Part shown: in pieces, positions 40,501-52,376 of the stretch
How the letters are laid out: each line of letters opens with the position of its first letter
How positions within the stretch are numbered: the first letter of the stretch is position 1
Source of the DNA: Macrostomum lignano
Taxonomy: Eukaryota
Direction: 5' to 3'
DNA: 64,000 nt
NCBI GenBank assembly: GCA_002269645.1
Contig: NIVC01000111.1
Location: 124,001 to 188,000 of the forward strand
The notes under the pieces: generated by a model
Database searches by the model: none
What the model was told of the DNA's origin: nothing
What the model saw: only the letters and a program-made list of their open reading frames with translations
Position numbers and translations under genes: made by a program

Positions 40501-43500
40501 AAGGGAATTTAGCTACGGTATGGAAGGGAATTTAGCTACGGTATGGAAGGGAATTTAGCTACGGTATGGAAGGGAATTTAGCTACGGTATGGAAGGGAAT
40601 TTAGCTACGGTATGGAAGGGAATTTAGCTACGGTATGGAAGGGAATTTAGCTACGGTATGGAAGGGAATTTAGCTACGGTATGGAAGGGAATTTAGCTAC
40701 GGTATGGAAGGGAATTTAGCTACGGTATGGAAGGGAATTTAGCTACGGTATGGAAGGGAATTTAGCTACGGTATGGAAGGGAATTTAGCTACGGTATGGG
40801 GGAATTTAGCTACGGTATGGAAGGGAATTTAGCTACGGTATGGAAGGGAATTTAGCTACGGTATGGAAGGGAATTTAGCTACGGTATGGAAGGGAATTTA
40901 GCTACGGTATGGAAGGGAATTTAGCTACGGTATGGAAGGGAATTTAGCTACGGTATGGAAGGGAATTTAGCTACGGTATGGAAGGGAATTTAGCTACGGT
41001 ATGGAAGGGAATTTAGCTACGGTATGGAAGGGAATTTAGCTACGGTATGGAAGGGAATTTAGCTACGGTATGGAAGGGAATTTAGCTACGGTATGGAAGG
41101 GAATTTAGCTACGGTATGGAAGGGAATTTAGCTACGGTATGGAAGGGAATTTAGCTACGGTATGGGGGAATTTAGCTACGGTATGGAAGGGAATTTAGCT
41201 ACGGTATGGAGGGAATTTAGCTACGGTATGGAAGGGAATTTAGCTACGGTATGGAAGGGAATTTAGCTACGGTATGGAGGGAATTTAGCTACGGTATGGG
41301 GGAATTTAGCTACGGTATGGAAGGGAATTTAGCTACGGTATGGAAGGGAATTTAGCTACGGTATGGAAGGGAATTTAGCTACGGTATGGAAGGGAATTTA
41401 GCTACGGTATGGGGGAATTTAGCTACGGTATGGAGGGAATTTAGCTACGGTATGGGGGAATTTAGCTACGGTATGGAAGGGAATTTAGCTACGGTATGGA
41501 AGGGAATTTAGCTACGGTATGGAAGGGAATTTAGCTACGGTATGGAAGGGAATTTAGCTACGGTATGGAAGGGAATTTAGCTACGGTATGGAAGGGAATT
41601 TAGCTACGGTATGGAAGGGAATTTAGCTACGGTATGGAAGGGAATTTAGCTACGGTATGGAAGGGAATTTAGCTACGGTATGGAAGGGAATTTAGCTACG
41701 GTATGGAAGGGAATTTAGCTACGGTATGGAAGGGAATTTAGCTACGGTATGGAAGGGAATTTAGCTACGGTATGGAAGGGAATTTAGCTACGGTATGGAA
41801 GGGAATTTAGCTACGGTATGGAAGGGAATTTAGCTACGGTATGGAAGGGAATTTAGCTACGGTATGGAAGGGAATTTAGCTACGGTATGGAAGGGAATTT
41901 AGCTACGGTATGGAAGGGAATTTAGCTACGGTATGGAAGGGAATTTAGCTACGGTATGGAAGGGAATTTAGCTACGGTATGGAAGGGAATTTAGCTACGG
42001 TATGGGGGAATTTAGCTACGGTATGGAAGGGAATTTAGCTACGGTATGGAGGGAATTTAGCTACGGTATGGAGGGAATTTAGCTACGGTATGGAGGGAAT
42101 TTAGCTACGGTATGGAGGGAATTTAGCTACGGTATGGAAGGGAATTTAGCTACGGTATGGAAGGGAATTTAGCTACGGTATGGAAGGGAATTTAGCTACG
42201 GTATGGAAGGGAATTTAGCTACGGTATGGAAGGGAATTTAGCTACGGTATGGAAGGGAATTTAGCTACGGTATGGGGGAATTTAGCTACGGTATGGAGGG
42301 AATTTAGCTACGGTATGGAAGGGAATTTAGCTACGGTATGGAAGGGAATTTAGCTACGGTAGGGAATTTAGCTACGGTATGGAAGGGAATTTAGCTACGG
42401 TATGGAAGGGAATTTAGCTACGGTATGGAAGGGAATTTAGCTACGGTATGGAAGGGAATTTAGCTACGGTATGGAAGGGAATTTAGCTACGGTATGGAAG
42501 GGAATTTAGCTACGGTATGGAAGGGAATTTAGCTACGGTATGGAAGGGAATTTAGCTACGGTATGGAAGGGAATTTAGCTACGGTATGGGGGAATTTAGC
42601 TACGGTATGGAAGGGAATTTATCTACGGTATGGAAGGGAATTAGCTACGGTATGGAAGGGAATTTAGCTACGGTATGGAAGGGAATTTAGCTACGGTATG
42701 GAAGGGAATTTAGCTACGGTATGGGGGAATTTAGCTACGGTATGGAAGGGAATTTAGCTACGGTATGGAAGGGAATTTAGCTACGGTATGGAAGGGAATT
42801 TAGCTACGGTATGGAAGGGAATTTAGCTACGGTATGGAAGGGAATTTAGCTACGGTATGGAAGGGAATTTAGCTACGGTATGGAAGGGAATTTAGCTACG
42901 GTATGGAACGGAATTTAGCTACGGTATGGAAGGGAATTTAGCTACGGTATGGAGGGAATTTAGCTACGGTATGGAAGGGAATTTAGCTACGGTATGGAAG
43001 GGAATTTAGCTACGGTATGGAGGGAATTTAGCTACGGTATGGAGGGAATTTAGCTACGGTATGGAGGGAATTTAGCTACGGTATGGGGGAATTTAGCTAC
43101 GGTATGGAAGGGAATTTAGCTACGGTATGGAAGGGAATTTAGCTACGGTATGGAAGGGAATTTAGCTACGGTATGGAAGGGAATTTAGCTACGGTATGGG
43201 GGAATTTAGCTACGGTATGGAGGGAATTTAGCTACGGTATGGAAGGGAATTTAGCTACGGTATGGAAGGGAATTTAGCTACGGTATGGGGGAATTTAGCT
43301 ACGGTATGGAAGGGAATTTAGCTACGGTATGGAAGGGAATTTAGCTACGGTATGGAAGGGAATTTAGCTACGGTATGGAAGGGAATTTAGCTACGGTATG
43401 GAAGGGAATTTAGCTACGGTATGGAAGGGAATTTAGCTACGGTATGGAAGGGAATTTAGCTACGGTATGGAAGGGAATTTAGCTACGGTATGGGGGAATT

Positions 43501-46500
43501 TAGCTACGGTATGGAAGGGAATTTAGCTACGGTATGGAAGGGAATTTAGCTACGGTATGGAAGGGAATTTAGCTACGGTATGGAAGGGAATTTAGCTACG
43601 GTATGGAAGGGAATTTAGCTACGGTATGGAAGGGAATTTAGCTACGGTATGGAAGGGAATTTAGCTACGGTATGGAAGGGAATTTAGCTACGGTATGGGG
43701 AATTTAGCTACGGTATGGAAGGGAATTTAGCTACGGTATGGAAGGGAATTTAGCTACGGTATGGAAGGGAATTTAGCTACGGTATGGAAGGGAATTTAGC
43801 TACGGTATGGAAGGGAATAGCTACGGTATGGAAGGGAATTTAGCTACGGTATGGAAGGGAATTTAGCTACGGTATGGAAGGGAATTTAGCTACGGTATGG
43901 AAGGGAATTTAGCTACGGTATGGGGGAATTTAGCTACGGTATGGAAGGGAATTTAGCTACGGTATGGAAGGGAATTTAGCTACGGTATGGAAGGGAATTT
44001 AGCTACGGTATGGAAGGGAATTTAGCTACGGTATGGAAGGGAATTTAGCTACGGTATGGAAGGGAATTTAGCTACGGTATGGAAGGGAATTTAGCTACGG
44101 TATGGAAGGGAATTTAGCTACGGTATGGAAGGGAATTTAGCTACGGTATGGAAGGGAATTTAGCTACGGTATGGAAGGGAATTTAGCTACGGTATGGAAG
44201 GGAATTTAGCTACGGTATGGAAGGGAATTTAGCTACGGTATGGAAGGGAATTTAGCTACGGTATGGAAGGGAATTTAGCTACGGTATGGGGGAATTTAGC
44301 TACGGTATGGAAGGGAATTTAGCTACGGTATGGAGGGAATTTAGCTACGGTATGGAGGGAATTTAGCTACGGTATGGAGGGAATTTAGCTACGGTATGGA
44401 AGGGAATTTAGCTACGGTATGGAGGGAATTTAGCTACGGTATGGGGGAATTTAGCTACGGTATGGAAGGGAATTTAGCTACGGTATGGAAGGGAATTTAG
44501 CTACGGTATGGAAGGGAATTTAGCTACGGTATGGAAGGGAATTTAGCTACGGTATGGGGGAATTTAGCTACGGTATGGAGGGAATTTAGCTACGGTATGG
44601 AAGGGAATTTAGCTACGGTATGGAAGGGAATTTAGCTACGGTATGGAAGGGAATTTAGCTACGGTATGGAAGGGAATTTAGCTACGGTATGGAGGGAATT
44701 TAGCTACGGTATGGAAGGGAATTTAGCTACGGTATGGAGGGAATTTAGCTACGGTATGGAAGGGAATTTAGCTACGGTATGGAAGGGAATTTAGCTACGG
44801 TATGGAAGGGAATTTAGCTACGGTATGGGGGAATTTAGCTACGGTATGGAAGGGAATTTAGCTACGGTATGGAAGGGAATTTAGCTACGGTATGGAAGGG
44901 AATTTAGCTACGGTATGGAAGGGAATTTAGCTACGGTATGGAAGGGAATTTAGCTACGGTATGGGGGAATTTAGCTACGGTATGGAAGGGAATTTAGCTA
45001 CGGTATGGAAGGGAATTTAGCTACGGTATGGAAGGGAATTTAGCTACGGTATGGAAGGGAATTTAGCTACGGTATGGGAATTTAGCTACGGTATGGAGGG
45101 AATTTAGCTACGGTATGGAAGGGAATTTAGCTACGGTATGGAGGGAATTTAGCTACGGTATGGAAGGGAATTTAGCTACGGTATGGAAGGGAATTTAGCT
45201 ACGGTATGGAAGGGAATTTAGCTACGGTATGGGGGAATTTAGCTACGGTATGGAAGGGAATTTAGCTACGGTATGGAAGGGAATTTAGCTACGGTATGGA
45301 AGGGAATTTAGCTACGGTATGGAAGGGAATTTAGCTACGGTATGGGGGAATTTAGCTACGGTATGGAAGGGAATTTAGCTACGGTATGGAAGGGAATTTA
45401 GCTACGGTATGGAAGGGAATTTAGCTACGGTATGGGGGAATTTAGCTACGGTATGGAAGGGAATTTAGCTACGGTATGGAAGGGAATTTAGCTACGGTAT
45501 GGAAGGGAATTTAGCTACGGTATGGAAGGGAATTTAGCTACGGTATGGAAGGGAATTTAGCTACGGTATGGAAGGGAATTTAGCTACGGTATGGAAGGGA
45601 ATTTAGCTACGGTATGGAAGGGAATTTAGCTACGGTATGGAAGGGAATTTAGCTACGGTATGGAAGGGAATTTAGCTACGGTATGGAAGGGAATTTAGCT
45701 ACGGTATGGGGAATTTAGCTACGGTATGGAAGGGAATTTAGCTACGGTATGGAAGGGAATTTAGCTACGGTATGGAAGGGAATTTAGCTACGGTATGGGG
45801 AATTTAGCTACGGTATGGAAGGGAATTTAGCTACGGTATGGAAGGGAATTTAGCTACGGTATGGAAGGGAATTTAGCTACGGTATGGAAGGGAATTTAGC
45901 TACGGTATGGAAGGGAATTTAGCTACGGTATGGAAGGGAATTTAGCTACGGTATGGAAGGGAATTTAGCTACGGTATGGAAGGGAATTTAGCTACGGTAT
46001 GGAGGGAATTTAGCTACGGTATGGAAGGGAATTTAGCTACGGTATGGAGGGAATTTAGCTACGGTATGGAGGGAATTTAGCTACGGTATGGAGGGAATTT
46101 AGCTACGGTATGGAAGGGAATTTAGCTACGGTATGGAAGGGAATTTAGCTACGGTATGGAAGGGAATTTAGCTACGGTATGGAAGGGAATTTAGCTACGG
46201 TATGGGAGGGAATTTAGCTACGGTATGGAGGGAATTTAGCTACGGTATGGAAGGGAATTAGCTACGGTATGGAAGGAATTTAGCTACGGTATGGAAGGGA
46301 ATTTAGCTACGGTATGGAAGGGAATTTAGCTACGGTATGGAAGGGAATTAGCTACGGTATGGAAGGGAATTTAGCTACGGTATGGAAGGGAATTTAGCTA
46401 CGGTATGGAAGGAATTTAGCTACGGTATGGAAGGGAATTTAGCTACGGTATGGAAGGGAATTTAGCTACGGTATGGAAGGGAATTTAGCTACGGTATGGA

Positions 46501-49500
46501 AGGGAATTTAGCTACGGTATGGAAGGGAATTTAGCTACGGTATGGAAGGGAATTTAGCTACGGTATGGAAGGGAATTTAGCTACGGTATGGAAGGGAATT
46601 TAGCTACGGTATGGAAGGGAATTTAGCTACGGTATGGAAGGGAATTTAGCTACGGTATGGAAGGGAATTTAGCTACGGTATGGAAGGAATTTAGCTACGG
46701 TATGGAAGGGAATTTAGCTACGGTATGGAAGGGAATTTAGCTACGGTATGGAAGGAATTTAGCTACGGTATGGAAGGGAATTTAGCTACGGTATGAAGGG
46801 AATTTAGCTACGGTATGGAAGGGAATTTAGCTACGGTATGGAAGGGAATTTAGCTACGGTATGGAAGGGAATTTAGCTACGGTATGGAAGGGAATTTAGC
46901 TACGGTATGGAAGGGAATTTAGCTACGGTATGGAAGGGAATTTAGCTACGGTATGGAAGGGAATTTAGCTACGGTATGGAAGGGAATTTAGCTACGGTAT
47001 GGAAGGAATTTAGCTACGGTATGGAAGGGAATTTAGCTACGGTATGGAAGGGAATTTAGCTACGGTATGGAAGGGAATTTAGCTACGGTATGGAAGGGAA
47101 TTTAGCTACGGTATGGAAGGGAATTTAGCTACGGTATGGAAGGGAATTTAGCTACGGTATGGAAGGGAATTTAGCTACGGTATGGAGGGAATTTAGCTAC
47201 GGTATGGGGGAATTTAGCTACGGTATGGAAGGGAATTTAGCTACGGTATGGAAGGGAATTTAGCTACGGTATGGAAGGAATTTAGCTACGGTATGGAAGG
47301 GAATTTAGCTACGGTATGGAAGGAATTTAGCTACGGTATGGGGGAATTTAGCTACGGTATGGGAAGGGAATTTAGCTACGGTATGGAGGGAATTTATCTA
47401 CGGTATGGAGGGAATTTAGCTACGGTATGGGAGGGAATTTAGCTACGGTATGGAGGGAATTTAGCTACGGTATGGAGGAATTTAGCTACGGTATGGGGGA
47501 ATTTAGCTACGGTATGGAAGGGAATTTAGCTACGGTATGGAAGGAATTTAGCTACGGTATGGAAGGAATTAGCTACGGTATGGAAGGGAATTTAGCTACG
47601 GTATGGGGGAATAGCTACGGTATGGGAGGGAATTTAGCTACGGTATGGAGGAATTTAGCTACGGTATGGAGGGAATTTAGCTACGGTATGGGGGAATTTA
47701 GCTACGGTATGGAAGGGAATTTAGCTACGGTATGGAAGGGAATTTAGCTACGGTATGGAAGGGAATTTATCTACGGTATGGAAGGGAATTTAGCTACGGT
47801 ATGGAACGGAATTTAGCTACGGTATGGAAGGGAATTTAGCTACGGTATGGAAGGGAATTTAGCTACGGTATGGAAGGGAATTTAGCTACGGTATGGAAGG
47901 GATTTAGCTACGGTATGGGGGAATTTAGCTACGGTATGGAAGGGAATTTAGCTACGGTATGGAAGGGAATTTAGCTACGGTATGGAAGGGAATTTAGCTA
48001 CGGTATGGAAGGGAATTTAGCTACGGTATGGAAGGGAATTTAGCTACGGTATGGGGGAATTTAGCTACGGTATGGAAGGGAATTTACTACGGTATGGAAG
48101 GGAATTAGCTACGTATGGAAGGGAATTTAGCTACGGAAGGGAATTTAGCTACGGTATGGAAGGGAATTTAGCTACGGTATGGAAGGGAATTTAGCTACGA
48201 TGGAAGGAAATACGGTATGGGGGAATTTAGCTACGGTATGGAAGCGGAATTTAGCTACGGTATGGAAGGGAATATAGCTACGGTATGGAAGGGAATTTAT
48301 CTACGGTATGGAAGGGAATTTAGCTACGGTATGGAACGGAATTTAGCTACGGTATGGAAGGGAATTTAGCTACGGTATGGAAGGGAATTTAGCTACGGTA
48401 TGGAAGGGAATTTAGCTACGGTATGGAAGGGAATTTAGCTACGGTATGGGGGAATTTAGCTACGGTATGGAAGGGAATTTAGCTACGGTATGGAAGGGAA
48501 TATAGCTACGGTATGCCGTATGGAAGGGAATTTAGCTACGGTATGGAAGGGAATTTAGCTACGGTATGGAAGGGAATTTAGCTACGGTATGGAAGGGAAT
48601 TTAGCTACGGTATGGGGGAATTTAGCTACGGTATGGAAGGGAATTTAGCTACGGTATGGAAGGGAATTTAGCTACGGTATGGAAGGGAATTTAGCTACGG
48701 TATGGAAGGGAATTTATCTACGGTATGGAAGGGAATTTAGCTACGGTATGGAAGGGAATTTAGCTACGGTATGGAAGGGAATTTAGCTACGGTATGGAAC
48801 GGAATTTAGCTACGGTATGGGGGAATTTAGCTACGGTATGGGAGGGAATTTAGCTACGGTATGGAGGAATTTATCTACGGTATGGGAGGGAATTTAGCTA
48901 CGGTATGGGAGGGAATTTAGCTACGGTATGGGAGGGAATTTAGCTACGGTATGGGAGGGAATTTAGCTACGGTATGGGGGAATTTAGCTACGGTATGGAA
49001 GGGAATTTAGCTACGGTATGGAAGGGAATTTATCTACGGTATGGAAGGGAATTAGCTACGGTATGGAAGGGAATTTAGCTACGGTATGGGGGGAATAAGC
49101 TACGGTATGGGAGGGAATTTAGCTACGGTATGGAAGGGAATTTAGCTACGGTATGGAACGGAATTTAGCTACGGTATGGGGGAATTTAGCTACGGTATGG
49201 GAGGGAATTTAGCTACGGTATGGGAGGGAATTTATCTACGGTATGGGAGGGAATTTAGCTACGGTATGGGAGGGAATTTAGCTACGGTATGGGAGGGAAT
49301 TTAGCTACGGTATGGGAGGGAATTTAGCTACGGTATGGGGGAATTTAGCTACGGTATGGAAGGGAATTTAGCTACGGTATGGAAGGGAATTTATCTACGG
49401 TATGGAAGGGAATTAGCTACGGTATGGAAGGGAATTTAGCTACGGTATGGGGGGAATAAGCTACGGTATGGGAGGGAATTTAGCTACGGTATGGAAGGGA

Positions 49501-52376
49501 ATTTAGCTACGGTATGGAAGGAATTTAGCTACGGTATGGAAGGGAATTTAGCTACGGTATGGAAGGGAATATAGCTACGGTATGGAAGGGAATTTATCTA
49601 CGGTATGGAAGGGAATTTAGCTACGGTATGGAACGGAATTTAGCTACGGTATGGAAGGGAATTTAGCTACGGTATGGAACGGAATTTAGCTACGGTATGG
49701 AAGGGAATTAGCTACGGTATGGAACGGAATTTTGCTACGGTATGGGGGAATTTAGCTACGGTATGGAAGGGAATTTAGCTACGGTATGGAAGGGAATTTA
49801 TCTACGGTATGGAAGGGAATTTAGCTACGGTATGGAACGGAATTTAGCTACGGTATGGAAGGGAATTTAGCTACGGTATGGAAGGGAATTTAGCTACAGT
49901 ATGGGGGAATTTAGCTACGGTATGGAAGGGAATTTAGCTACGGTATGGAAGGGAATATAGCTACGGTATGGAAGGGAATTTATCTACGGTATGGAAGGGA
50001 ATTAGCTACGGTATGGAAGGGAATTTAGCTACGGTATGGAAGGGAATTTAGCTACGGTATGGAAGGGAATTTAGCTACGGTATGGAAGGGATTTAGCTAC
50101 GGTATGGAAGGGAATTTAGCTACGGTATGGAAGGGAATTTAGCTACGGTATGGAAGGGAATTTAGCTACGGTATGGTGTTCTAAACTAAGGAAAGGGAAT
50201 TCTAAAACCTCAGAATTGGGATTCTTGAATTTTTTGGTGCGAGGATTTGGGACATCCAGACTCATAACTAATGGGCCAAGAGTCCTATAAAATCTCAAAC
50301 TCGGAGTAAAAATCCCACAATCCTCACCGGATCCTTCACAACGGTGGGCCGCACAGTGCAGGGCAGCGAGGCCACCGGGGCGATGTCGCAGGTGATGTCG
50401 CCAATCAGTCGGACGGCCATCTCCGGCTGGCACATCTGCTCGATGGTGAGCAACGGGCCGCAGCGGTTGTCCCAGTACATGCCGTTGATCAGAATGTTGG
50501 CCTTGACCATGTAGGGCCAGGCGATGCTGTGGTAGCCGGTGGGGTTGGCATAGTAGTCGGGACTCCAGCTGTTGTCCGGGCCAAGGCGGAACAGGTGGTC
50601 GGCGGGCAGCTGGGCGTACACGGGCGGATGATCGGCCGATGACCAGTCGCGGGCCAGCAGATCGGCTGGCGAGATCTTTTCGAAGCCGAGCAAATCCAGA
50701 ATCTCTCTGCAGCCGGTGCCGACCCGACCGCTGCCGGTGAGGACAACTCGCATGCCTGCGGAATGGCGAGGTCGAGTATTAGCGATCATATAAAATACAC
50801 TGGCAGTCTTAGCTCTTCCCCCAGTTGTTGATAAGCGCTAGATAAGCAAATCATTGTTTTTTAGTAAAATCACTAAATGAAAATTGCAAATAGAAAACAA
50901 TAGGAAAAAAACTTATCTAGCACAGATATCTAATTTTCAAGCATGAGATATCGGCTTTCCCACTTTGAATTGCCCCCCGCATTCTCAGCCTGGCATCTCA
51001 GCAATTCCCCATATGACCCTTAGCATCTCAGCAATTCTCTTTTATGACCATTGGCATTTCAGCAGTTCCTTTTATGACCTATAATATCTAAAGAATTCCC
51101 TCTATGACCATAGAATCTCTTTATGAAACTTGGCATCTCATGGAATTCCCTTATGACAACTTGGCATCTCAGGAATTCCTCATAGAGCATAACCTTTGGT
51201 GCGTTAAAGCCTAATTTTAGCGCTTAACACCACTCCTCAGGCTAACGTTTGTACACCTTTGTGTGTGTACCTGCGGACATATCCGTGTGCGTGCCCAGGC
51301 GTCAGGTGTCCAGGCTGGCTGCAGGTCGGCTGGCGATTGCCTTGATTTGCATCAAAGCCCCCTGACTAAGGTGGGGAAGAGACGAGAGAGCGAAAACAGT
51401 AATAATTAGACAGCTCTACTCAAATCAGAGGAGCCGCTACACTCACCGCGCAGCAGTTCAATGGGCAGCTCCTCGCGGTAGCGCTTTTGCGCCGCCTCCC
51501 AGTCGGCGATTTTGCACAGGCGGAACAGATCAAAGCGGCCAGTCTTTTTACCCCAAGCCGCTATGGTGTTGTGCGCCCCGACTATGCCGGCCCAGCGGCC
51601 GAAACCAATTAGGCGAACTTTGTTCTCGTCGCGCATAAATTCCCAATCCATTAGGCGTATACCTTTGGCTAGGATTGCTCTAAGCAGCGTGCGATTGTGC
51701 GGCTGCCGCTTGGCTGTGTGCGAGAACATCACGTAGGTTGAGTTGTCCTTCAGCGACTCAATGGAAGCCGCCTTGACACCCAGTAGCAAATCTGCGTTTT
51801 CAGCCTGCGATTTTTTAATATTTCAATTTTGTAACATTTGTGTTTGAAAGAATAAAATCATAGAAAAAATGCCTTCAGTTCTACTAACAGTACCTTAAAC
51901 AAGTAGGTAATAAAAATTGCAGTTCAAACTTTTTTGATGCAAATTGAACATATTTTGCAACAAAAAAACTTCTGAACTGAACTGGAAAATATAAAATCTG
52001 TACAGATTCAAAGCTGAAAAATTAACTGCATACAATTATCCAGTAAATAATCACTGCATTAAGTCCTAATATACTAGCATGCAAGTTCCATAGCCTGAAA
52101 TGAATACTACAGAACATATCGGCAAATAAAGAAAAATATGGTCTCTATATACAAGTATATACTTACCTTGTCAACTAGCTTTATTCCAAGATCTTCATAT
52201 TCCTTGTCACTATAGCAGCGAAATGGATATTTCTCAACCACAATGGCCACTTTGTCACCATATTGAGCTAGTATCTTGGCACATTGGTTAGGAGTCAATG
52301 GAGTCCTAGTTTCATTTGGCACCATAGTCTCACGCAGGACACCAATGGTGAATGGCTTAGGCTTGTTGTTAGTCAT
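34554..52376 (-). CDS. Stand-alone saccharopine dehydrogenase-like oxidoreductase, copy 2, 430 aa
   Basis: Exons 52376-52167, 51804-51447, 50755-50328 and 34850-34554 (210+358+428+297 = 1293 nt, in frame). Donors GTAAGT, GTGAGT, GTGAGG; acceptors CAG, CAG, AAG. The junction KDP|VLTFDP aligns with DDPIFTFDP of copy 1, and the motif set is the same. Confidence 0.9.
35251..36110. repeat. Satellite block A, 21-bp unit GGTGATCCTTAACTATGGTAT
   Basis: Direct reading; variants ATG/GTG and CTA/CCA. Confidence 0.97.
36119..36600. repeat. Satellite block B, 21-bp unit GGGGATT(C/G)TTAACTACGGTAT
   Basis: Direct reading; TTCTT and TTGTT variants often alternate. Confidence 0.97.
36601..50176. repeat. Satellite block C, 23-bp unit GGAAGGGAATTTAGCTACGGTAT with 21/22-bp variants (~13.6 kb)
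   Basis: Direct reading; variants GGGGGAATTT and GGAGGGAATTT. No unique spacers. Confidence 0.98.

Noticed and set aside
36601-50176. CRISPR array or telomeric repeat
   Set aside because: The 23-bp units are head-to-tail with no unique spacers and no cas genes. The unit is not TTAGGG/TTAGG-like and the array is intronic.
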